Below are positions 1 through 10,483 of a stretch of DNA of 64,000 nt, in pieces. The translations under genes were made by a program, and so were the position numbers. Under the pieces are notes generated by a model. It was not told where the DNA came from. It saw only the letters and a list, made by a program, of their open reading frames with translations, and ran no database searches. Origin of the DNA: Octopus sinensis (lineage: Eukaryota); NCBI RefSeq assembly GCF_006345805.1, contig NC_042998.1, positions 119,226,001 to 119,290,000 on the forward strand, given 5' to 3'. The first letter of the stretch is position 1; each line of letters starts with the position of its first letter.

Positions 1-470
1 TATGAAGTGGCACTATCAGTTGCAAACAATTGCTTGCTGTAGTTCGTGTGCTTGTAAGAGGTGTAGTGTAGTGTGTGTGTGCGCGCGCGCAGGTGCGTGT
101 GTTGTTTTGTAATATGGTATATGAGCTTGTGTCTTTGTGAGAAGTATGGAGTGGTGCGATGTTATATGTGTGCCGTGTGAGTGGGGTGGAGTGTAATATA
201 CTGTGTTCGTGTTGTAATACAGTCTTGTGTCTGTGTCTATGAGTGTGCAACGTGTGTTTATGCATGGTGTATGATACATGTGGTGTGGTGAGTATATTGT
301 GTGGTGGTATATGTCTGTAGTTGTATTTATGTGATGTGTGGTTTGTCGTGTGGGTACTCTTGCGTGTACGTGGTACGTGTGTGTTGTTTCCCTGCATACA
401 TGCGTGCATATCTGTGGGTATTTGTCTGTTTGTGCTGTATGTGTTTTTGTCTGTAGTATTCTCCACGTGT

Positions 471-490
471 GTATATATATATATTATATA

Positions 491-556
<66 letters not shown>

Positions 557-698
557 CATATATACATGTATATATATATATGTATGTATATATGTATGTA
601 TATATGTATGTATGTACATTTGTGTATGTGTAAATATATATATATACATATATACATGTATATATATATATATATGTATGCATATATTAGTATATATT

Positions 699-759
<61 letters not shown>

Positions 760-850
760 TATAATATATATGTATATATATATAGTATATATTAGTATAT
801 ATTAGTATATATATATATATATATATATTATATACATACATATATGTATT
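471..850. repeat. (TA)n/(TATG)n compound microsatellite, preceded by a degenerate GT-rich tract (1-470)
   Basis: Direct reading; source of the YIYI-type ORFs. Confidence 0.95.
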
Positions 851-2384
851 CAAAGTGCGTGTCTATATGTATTTGTGTGTATCTACGTAAGTGCTTGTGA
901 GTGTGTGGTGGTGAAATATCTTCCTCATTCTCTCTCCTTATATTTCAGTTTCTTTAATTCCACTTCAAAACTTTTATTCTGTTGAACGATACAAAGAACG
1001 TTTTGACGGAATCTGTCATATTGATTTCGTTTGTACTTTTTTTTTGCATTGTGTATATATGTGTATATGTATGTGTGCGTGTGAGCTAGGTGTGTTTGAG
1101 AAAATATATATGTATTTATGTGTATCTGTATACATACATAAGCACACACATACACACACACACAATCATACATATATATAAATATATAAATATACACACA
1201 CACAGATTCTAGAAACGCTGGTAGTATTTTGCGTGGACTAAAAGTAGAGTTTAAAATTCTTTAAGTTTTCTGCCTTTCGAAGAAGTCTGACGTTTCAGAC
1301 AAAGTTCTTCTGCATGTAATGAAAGCAGTTTTACTCCGTTATGATTTCGTAAGAAATTAGATGCAGCGGAGATTAGAAGGAGATAGCAAATAGCAATAAT
1401 TGTATGCGTGTGACGTACGTAATCGGAGAGAGAAAAGGTGTACGGAAACAATTTTAGTGAGTGTGAGTAGAGAGAGAATATAAGCGATAACGGAAGGGTA
1501 TAAAAAAGTTGAAATTGCCAGTTTAAGACAAATATGAATGTCTCTTTCCGCTACCTCAAGGAGAGTCTTCTCAGCATTATTATTCACACATATCAACGTC
1601 TGCTATCCAAACAGCATAATCTTGACCAGACATACGTTTTGACCACCATGCTTTATCAGAAATACTGTTAACGAATTTCATACTGAGATCACTGATTTCC
1701 TTAACAAAATAATATCTCGTTTGTCTTAACCAGCTCGTTTCTTCTTACTCTATTCTTCCTCTTCCTTACTACTCATATTCCCTCATTACTTTATCTTCAT
1801 CCAAATTCTCTTCCTTGATAATTCTCTCTCTAAGACCACTTCACTGCTATGCATTTGCAACTGCATGACTAAGATGGTCTGATGGGGAAAACTCGAAGAA
1901 ATATGTTTCTGATTTGCTGAAGAAGGATTTTGTCCGAAACGTCTATTTTAAGTAGAAAGTTATTAGATTTACAAGAGACCTATTTAAACCTTTGACAATG
2001 TTCTCGACCGATCAAACAACCCAGTAATTTTTTTAAAGACAGTGGCTTACATGTTATTCTTTCATTTGCATTAATGACTTCTTGTTTAACTCCTAATTCA
2101 TCTAACTAAGCAAACTTTTGACCACATGTGTCTTCAATTTTTTCTATTTTTTCAAGTTCGTACAACGATATATGGTAAAAGAATTTCATTTCGCAACCGT
2201 TTAATTCGGCTCGCATGTTAGTATGCCGGGCCTTGGTTATGTATCTTTTGCTCTTCTAGACCAACCTTGCACTGACCAATTCTTTGTGAGTGGAATTTAA
2301 TAGGTGGTATATCAACAACAACGATATAACGACATATCAACAATATCACAGAGGATGACAATAATTGGAAGTCTCAAGAATACC

Positions 2385-2900
2385 TGAAGGAATTATTAGG
2401 CGCTATTCTGTGAAGGACAGTTAGGTCTTGTAAACTACAGCACTGAGGTGGAGTAAGGCCAACACTAGAAGCAGGATAGAACTCACCATGCAGAAGATCC
2501 AAGAGGCAATATAAGAAAATGGCTACGTATAAGCTATAGGGATTGCCTTCGACAGACAGGAGAAGCAATGTGACCAGCTGCTATCATGGAAGGAGTTCTT
2601 GAATACCAACCAGGGCAAATTTTTACTCCTCTTCTGTGATGTGGTTAATGTCTTGCCAACTCCAAACAATCTGAAAATGTAGGACAAAGAGGCGGACACA
2701 TCCGATAAGTAGTATAGAGCAAGTCCTTGCACTCTAAGTCACATTTTGACCGGACTTTCCAAAGCACTAGATTGCGGATACAAGTCGAGTCACGACAAGA
2801 TTTATAAAGAAATTGCCAAATGAGCCGTCCTACAGGGAATTAAAACTAAGAAGCATCAAACATCAAACATCACCATCCAAAGGTACCAATTTCTAAATAC
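2385..2900 (+). mobile_element. Decayed fragment of a HERO-like (R2/NeSL group) non-LTR retrotransposon, C-terminal CCHC region
   Basis: Manual translation gives LPTPNNLKM* (2654-2683), CTLSHILTG (2728-2754) and YKSSHDKIYKEIA (2779-2817), matching the LPTPxNLxxW..CTLxHILxGC..YxWRHD pattern before the RLE domain. Stops and frameshifts present. Confidence 0.7.
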
Positions 2901-2934
2901 GAGGTGGTAAGGTTCCTGAAAATAAATAAATTCA

Positions 2935-3290
2935 TAGGCGGATGCGTGACTGTGTGGTATGAAGCTTGCTTACCAACCACATGGTTCTGGGTTCAATGCC
3001 ACTGCGTGGCACCTTGTGTAAGTATCTTCTACTATAGCCTCGGGCCGACCAATGCCTTGTGAGTGGATTTGGTAGACGGAGACTGAAAGAAGTATATATA
3101 TTTATTTGTATGTATCTTTGTGATTGTGTTTTCTCCCAACCATCACTTGACAACCCATGTTGGTGTGTTTATGTCCCCAAAACCTAGCGGTTCGGCAAAA
3201 GTGACTGATAGAATAAGTACCAGGCTTACAAAAAATAAGTTTTGGGGTCGAGTCAAATGACTGAAACGTATAAAAAAAGTAAAAGAGTAC
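2935..3290 (+). mobile_element. tRNA-derived SINE, family A (CORE-like block, internal microsatellite, hairpin tail)
   Basis: A-box-like tgtgtggt and B-box gggttca; ggcaccttg.gcaagt block; tail gtcaaatgactgaaac. Matches copies at 16600, 18050, 40692, 42893 and 58391. Confidence 0.9.
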
Positions 3291-3534
3291 GGAGCCTGTT
3301 TTCTATTTTGTATCTGGCTTCTGATGTGAACATGAGGGTAAAAAATTTTTTATGGAAGAGGTAGCATTTTCTTCCGCCGACCAAAGAGGGTTCTATCCTG
3401 AAGAAAAAACTGTCTTGGTAGCCGAAGTTATGATTATTTGATAGGAAGGAAATGACATCTCTCAACAGCTAAGTACCGCGGTGTCATTGATGAGGCTGTG
3501 GTCAAAGTATGGCATGCAAGCTCATTCACCGTTG

Positions 3535-3808
3535 GTAAGCAATTTCAGAGGAAAGGACAAACCGATTAGCTCGACTCTAGTGTTCAACTGGTACTTATTT
3601 TATTCACTCCGAAAGAATGAAAGGTAAAGTCGACCCCGAGAGGATGAAAGCTATAGTCGACCCCTAAAGGATGAAAGGTATATTCGACCCCGAAAGGATA
3701 AAAGATATAGTCGACCTTGGCGGAATTTGAACTCAGAGCGTAATGGCATGCGAAATGCTGCTAAGCATTTTGCCTGGCGTGCTAACGATTCAGCTAACTC
3801 ACCGCCTT
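3535..3808 (-). mobile_element. SINE family B copy with an internal 27-bp x4 tandem amplification
   Basis: Reverse complement reads ggcggtgagttagctgaatcgttagcacgccaggcaaaatgcttagc...gagttcaaattccgccaaggtcgac, matching the copy at 45281. Confidence 0.9.
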
Positions 3809-3899
3809 AATTTTTGTCGCTAAATAACAAATATATTTTACCAATTGTTGAATTAAATCGTCTTTATCATTTATTACTGTTGGTATCGCTGTTATTGTT

Positions 3900-4380
3900 G
3901 TTATTGTTTAATAGCAGGATAGCTGCGAATGAACAGCAAACATTGACCTAAGGCATTCCAACCATGAACATTCTGTTCCTTTTCAAACAATAGACTACGT
4001 TATGCTGTCTTTCAATATCTCGATCCTTTTCTTAAGACACTAAGTTGAGCGATAAGGGTAGTTTGGCTTCTAGTAAGTCAACGACCACGCAGGGGTTCCT
4101 TCATTGGCTTGTGAAGAAAGTGAGTGTTGTTGTTGTTATTGTTTAGCTTTAAGTCAGCCTTAATAAACCAAATGACATGCAAAAAGACATTCCAGTCGTG
4201 ACCATCCTATATATCAGAGATACAGTGCAGCCGTAACTTTCCCTTCTTATTTTCAAACAATTTATATTGAGGATTGCATTATCAAATACCTCCTTCACTT
4301 TTAAAGTGATGCGATGAGATCTTTACTGTTATTTCTACATGAACGAGCAATCCCATAGAGACTCTCTTGCTGGTCCATGA
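3900..4380 (-). repeat. Two degenerate copies of an old interspersed repeat (family D, ending in aacaacaac); plus-strand relatives at about 36720-36935, 55735-55935 and 56690-56835
   Basis: Shared blocks such as gaaatagcagtcaaatctccctcagatca, ggtcacgactggaatg/ggttacggctgaaatg and ttttgatcatag recur between these loci. Confidence 0.55.
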
Positions 4381-5299
4381 AGCAAATGGTTTTGTACATT
4401 TTTGACATAACACGTTTTGATTAGGCGAAAAGGCGAAAATCTTTCTCTTTTTATAAACTACCTCTCTCTCTCTCTCTCCCTCTCTCTCTTTCTCTCTCCC
4501 TCTCACTGACACGACATCCTTATCGATGATATTTTTCTGCGAATTACACATTTAAAGAAAACCGTAGAAAGACTAATTTCTAGTTAGATTTATGATTGTA
4601 AAAATATTCAATTACAAGAAAATTCAATTATTTCTTTATTTTATTATGCTTCGTATTATCAAGTTAGTTAATTTTTACATCTCAGTTTAATGTTGGACAT
4701 GTATTTCTGGAGTGAATATGCACTATATTTATTTCCAAAATAATCACCCGAATTTCCTTCGTTTTGATGTCATTGGAAGCCATCGCGTTTTACAGAAAAA
4801 CATTTCTTTTCTCTTTGAAAGCAGTATTTACAGAATAAAAGAGTAATGAAACAGTTGCATTTTTGTGGGGGGTTTTCTGATAAAAATTCGGGTTTGTTTT
4901 CTGCATTCTTTAGCGAAAATTTCTATTTAGCGACATAGTAATATAATACAATCAATGTAAAATCTCAGAGAGATAGAATGGTTGCCGAACTAACCAAGAG
5001 TCCATCATGAATATAATAGGAAAAAATATTATAAACAGACACACAAATATATGCAGACGGATGCACACATACGAATACATGCACATACATATATGTGTGA
5101 GTGTATTTAAGTGTGTCTCCAAGTATGTATGTATGTTATGTGCTGGTGATTTCTGTGTGAGTGTACGACTCTGGATTGGCAGGCTGAATTATTGTTCACG
5201 TCAGAAAGACAGACAGCTAAGCAGAAAATCACAGGCAAACGATCACAGATAGAGAGAAGAGACAGCGATCGATCGACTGACTGATTGACTGAGTGAATG

Positions 5300-5342
<43 letters not shown>

Positions 5343-5572
5343 AACTGACTAACGACGCAAAAAAAATAGAGAGAAATAGGCTGACAACAGTGTCATACAA
5401 GAGAGATATCTAAGTGAAGCATAACATGACAAGCACAGGGAAATAGGAAAAGTTTATCCGACGTTTATGTGTGTGTGTATTTATTTATGTCTCTCTATGC
5501 ATGTATTACAACTAGACTGATTAAAACGTTAGACCAGTATATGTATTATTGTTAAAACATTTTTATGCATTA

Positions 5573-5668
5573 ATAGGCGCAGGCACAGCTGTGTGGCTAA
5601 AAGTCTACTCCCTGATCACGTGGTTCTGAGTTTGGCTAATGACTAAAACAAGTAAAAGATAAAAGATA
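5573..5668 (+). mobile_element. Internally deleted SINE-A (head fused to tail)
   Basis: ataggcgcaggcacagctgtgtgg...ggttctgagtt joined to aatgactaaaacaagtaaaagat. Confidence 0.7.
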
Positions 5669-5916
5669 TACGGATCATGATTTTAATTTTTTAAATTTAT
5701 CCGAGAAATTAGTGGAAGTACATTACAATTCCCTAAGTACGGAATTTCGTAACCCGAGTCTCTGTAATTCAGATGTTGTTCGTATAGGTGTGCTAATATG
5801 TTAATATACATATGCAAATGTAGATAGATATAGATACATACATACATACATACATACATACATACATACATACATACATACATACATACATACATACATA
5901 CATACATACATACATA

Positions 5917-6030
5917 CAAAAATACCCTGTTGTTTGATGTTGGAATTCCAATGAAGGAGCCTTGTATCTAGGTTAGAAACCTGTTCTTTCTCTATTGGCA
6001 AGAAATCTGGAGATAAACTGAATAATGACA
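5917..6030 (+). mobile_element. Solo 3' tail of the R4/Dong-like LINE at 30600-33352, directly after (TACA)n
   Basis: aaaataccctgttg...ccaatgaaggagcc...aaactgaata is closely similar to 33241-33352; preceded by (TACA)n at 5835-5916. Confidence 0.9.
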
Positions 6031-6555
6031 TACGTACATATTGATATGGATATAAATGTATGTATGTGTGCATGTACAAACACTCACAGACACACATATT
6101 TGAAAGGAAATATCGTTTGCTAATATAGGGATGAATATACTGCGTATACTGTAGGTTTTCAAGCCCCCTCGTAGATCATTTTTTCCTATACATGAACAGC
6201 TTATTTAATGAAGAAGGATTCCTAAGAGGTGAAACTGTTATTAGATTATTTGAAAGATCACATTCTATTCAACGCGAAAAACGAAGAACACAACAAATAA
6301 TCTAATTTCAAGTTAAATCAAAAGAATAATTAAACGTAAAGATAATTAAGTTTTCAGCTTTACTGTTACAAAAATATCTGTAATAATAATATAACGTATT
6401 ACGCAGAGCAAGATAGCGTAATTTCTTTTTGGTTTTTGTAAATCAAGTTTTTGTTTTACAAGGTTATTTCCTCTAAAATAACATAGAGCCACATGCAGAT
6501 AGGTGTATATATACATACATATATATATATTTATACACAAACATGTATGTATACA

Positions 6556-6591
<36 letters not shown>

Positions 6592-6670
6592 TGTATGTAT
6601 GTATGTATGTATGTATGTATGTATGTATGTATGTATATGTGTGTATGAATGTACATGTATGTATTTATGT

Positions 6671-6710
<40 letters not shown>

Positions 6711-7015
6711 CAAATGTCTGTGTGTTCTTTCGTTTCCTGATTTCTGCATATAAACGCATATGTACAGGCACACACATACACACTCGCATGCTATACATTT
6801 GCATTTTGAAACGAGATAAAAAAAAAAAAGGAATTTAATAAGAAATAGTAGAGTATATATGTTCATTATGAGTTGAAATTGTTTCTTTCTCGTAGCCACA
6901 AGTTCCACGTTTCCGATGCTCATACGATGACATTTTCTTTCAAACTAAAAGCGTATATTATCATCTGTATATAGAGCTTTGGCGAATAATTTTGGTTCCA
7001 ACAAGGAGTGTGAAG

Positions 7016-7915
7016 TTAGAATTTACTTGAGGTGTTGATGACCGTGACGTGAATAAGAACACCAATATGTGGGATTGAAGAATTTAGAATTTAAACAAAG
7101 CATTACCAAGTTTCGAGCTGCGAGATTCTTTGAAAGTCGAGAGCATCAGTTATCTGACGTTACCTATTCTTTTTTATCTTGGCATTTAATATCAACATAG
7201 CTTATGGATATTTATGTGCAATATAAAAGTGTCAATGTAAATATGGGTAATAAAATGAAAATAGAAAAAATGCGAGTATGTACTTACGCAAGTGGATAAA
7301 AAGCATATATACATCCATATATATACATATTTGATTTTGATTTTTCCAGTTTCAGCTCATGAGCTGTGGCCATGCTGGGACACCGCCATTTTAAAAATTA
7401 GATTGGTGTTCAGTTATATCGAACAGGCTGCTAACCGACAACTATTCACAGGCGCGATCCCACTACTGCTCTACACGGGGCCTTTTGCCTGCTGCGTTTC
7501 CGCCCTGGGCCGATGCGACCCTCCTTAGACAACCTGGTCCTGATGGCTCCCTCTCCAGCACCATATTGATGCCGAGCTTAGCGCGGACACCCGATCGCCA
7601 TAGAAGACCGACTACCAGGACTCCCATCCTCAAACCGGCCAACCAACCAAGCCTCCGAGTAGCTAGATTACAGGAGCACGCCACAACTCCCAGGATTGAC
7701 ACTTTCATATTGCACATAAATATCCATAAGCTATGTTGATATTAAATGCCAAGATAAAAAAGAATAGGTAATGTCAGATAACTGATGCTCTCGACTTTCA
7801 AAGAATCTCGCAGCTCGAAACTTGGTAATGCTTTGTTTAAATTCTAAATTCTTCAATCCCACATATTGGTGTTCTTATTCACGCCACGGTCATCAACACC
7901 TCAAGTAAATCCTAA
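7016..7915. repeat. 221-bp inverted repeat (7016-7236 / 7695-7915) with a 458-bp spacer; probable Penelope-type inverted terminal repeat
   Basis: Arms are reverse complements with 4 mismatches counted by eye. The right arm has ctgatgc...gaaacttggta (HHR-like) and ends at (TA)n. Confidence 0.9.
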
Positions 7916-7916
7916 A

Positions 7917-7990
<74 letters not shown>

Positions 7991-7995
<5 letters not shown>

Positions 7996-9133
7996 GTTCA
8001 GTCTAAACTTGACGATATTTATGTCTCCTTTTCAGAAATAACTTGTGTATTAATGAACAGTCAACAGTGTTGGTTGAGAAAAAATTATATGACCTGGAAG
8101 ACTGAATGCTATCTGAATATTGGAAAAGAGTTATGTATATCACAATGATTCATGCCAAGAACCAAAATGCCGAAATCATGACACTTCCGGTCAGTGCTCT
8201 GTGAATACTGCAAAGGCTGTAAGACGTGACATGGACAGCTGCACCGGAGACTACAAATCTGTGGCCAGCAGGAATGGACAGATCTGACATTATTCGTCTG
8301 TCTGCACGCTGTAATTAATCTAACTGCAAGACAAAGTAAGAGAAGATCCGAGCAAGGGAATCCGCTCTTTGGGAAGAGTTATGGGTATTGAAGTCGTCAC
8401 TATGAAGCTGACCATGAATGAGGACCTTCCTTACCACTTGTATAAGAGGCACAATGAAGTCAAAGAAACTCCTGAACAAGTTGAGACATCCTGTTTAGCC
8501 GGGAATGATTTGGTTGTTCTCAGATGAAAAGAACTTCTGCCGAGATCAGTTGCACAACACCCAGAACAACAGGCAACTTGTTTACATTCCCATGTATCAT
8601 GAAAACCACGTTTCCCCAAACTGTGTTGGTCTTTGGATATATCTCCAGTACGAGTGACATCATGACGCTTCACATCTTTTAACACAGCCTTAGGGTCAAT
8701 TCTGACGGCTATGTGAAGCTGCTAGTAACTGTGTTTACGCCGTGGCTGGAAAGAGTTGCTGCTACAAGGCCATACGTATGGCAGCAGAATTCGCTTCCTT
8801 GTCACGCCTCCAGAAAGTGTCTGGAGAATTTCTACCACTTCACCAACCCTAATTCTGGCATTCTAATTTCCCCGATTTTAATCTCATGGATCAATATATA
8901 CGGGATTCAGTTCAGAAAGATACCAATCGCTCTGCCTGAAACACCAAAGCCGAGCTGGTGGCCAAGTTCTAAGAGGTGTTAGCGAATCTTCTCAGGGATA
9001 CAAGGAGGAACGCATGTGTTATCGCTGTCACAATCTAATTGATATTTTAATTTTTTTTAATACTTTTATTTTTGGATGGGATATCCCCCCCCCCACCTTT
9101 TATTCAAACTGTCAAATTTAGCTCGAACATTCT
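7991..9133 (+). mobile_element. Decayed Tc1/mariner DNA transposon, maT/DD37D-like
   Basis: Imperfect TIRs agggtgttcagtctaaacttgac (7991) / gtcaaatttagctcgaacattct (9111-9133). Translation MKTTFPQTVLVFG and PWLERVAATRPYVWQQNSLPCHASRK..ENFYHF resembles maT transposases. Left end adjoins (TA)n. Confidence 0.85.
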
Positions 9134-9145
9134 CACTCTCTCTCT

Positions 9146-9205
<60 letters not shown>

Positions 9206-9459
9206 GTGTGTGTGTTTAATGTATGTGTGTATGTGTGTGTATGTGTGTATGTATGTGTGTGTGTGTGCTCGCGTCTACATGCACATATATATACATAATA
9301 CATACATACATGTATAGCGTATGGACATATACAGACCAACAATACTAGAGCATGAAATTTCACCTAGTGTCAATTCCATATCCCTTAACAGGTATATGTC
9401 CATATGCTATACATGTAGTATTGTTGGTCCGTATATGTATATACGTTATACATGTATGT

Positions 9460-9950
9460 AATCAGAGAGCTAAATAATACTTCTGTTTAATTTACCGTAA
9501 TATGGTGCTAAAATAGTGACCTTCTTCTGGTGAACCAAGTATAAAAACGAGTTTTAAACACAGCATATACTAGTTTCGACAACTGATCGATAAATATCAA
9601 ACTTTTCTCTATCAGTTAAATGCTAGACATATTGCGACAGTAAAATTGTTTTTGTTTATCAATTTCATATAAAATGGAACTATGTATTGCCGAAGGAAAT
9701 TTGTATAAATATTCAATCATGCTTCTCAACAACTTCAATGAAAATAGACATTAGGTCACACGAAAATGACAGCCAATTCAGTTACACAAAAATCGCTTCT
9801 AATCAACAGATACAAAAACAAATCAGTCGACGCATAAGATTCAACTAGTAGCAATCATATTGAGCATAACAGTTCACACCTGAAGATCACAGCGGTGTGA
9901 AACTCAAACCGTGGGGTAATTATTCAGTTTAAATAAACTCGATAATAAAT
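9460..9950 (-). mobile_element. Probable 3' end of a Penelope-like element with a degenerate HHR
   Basis: Minus strand begins LFKLNNY/PHGLS (frameshifted PLE C-terminal ..FKLxTLxPxGLN-like motif), then ctgataga...gaaactagtatatgc at 9563-9623. Confidence 0.5.
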
Positions 9951-9954
9951 AAAC

Positions 9955-10041
9955 TAGATAGATAGATTTGTAGGTACGTATGTATGTAGGTAGGTAGGCG
10001 GTAGGTAGGTAGGTAGGTAGGTATGTAGGTAGGTAGGTAGG

Positions 10042-10084
<43 letters not shown>

Positions 10085-10137
10085 GTAGGTAGGTAGGTAG
10101 GTAGGTAGGTAGGTAGGTAGGTAGGTAGGTAGGTATG

Positions 10138-10182
<45 letters not shown>

Positions 10183-10244
10183 GGACGGACAGACAGACAG
10201 ACAGACATACAGACATACAGACATACAGACCGACAGACAGACAT

Positions 10245-10287
<43 letters not shown>
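9955..10287. repeat. Compound (GGTA)n/(GATA)n/(GACA)n microsatellite
   Basis: Direct reading. Confidence 0.95.
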
Positions 10288-10450
10288 TGTTTCTTTATTA
10301 GCCACACAGGGCTGCACACAGATAGAACAAATTACAAGGTAGAGCTTTTCTTTTGAAGGTTTAAAAAAAAAAAAAAAAAAAAAAAAAGGAAGGGGGAGTT
10401 TCGATCAAAAGGGGATCGTAAACGGAGAGAGGAGGAAACAAAAAGGGGGG

Positions 10451-10483
<33 letters not shown>

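Noticed and set aside
3609-3716. CRISPR-like array
   Set aside because: Units abut without unique spacers, derive from a SINE, and the context is eukaryotic.
6203-6245. aTGAAGA..GAAACtgTTA as a hammerhead fossil
   Set aside because: Core C is missing and stem II does not close next to GAAA.
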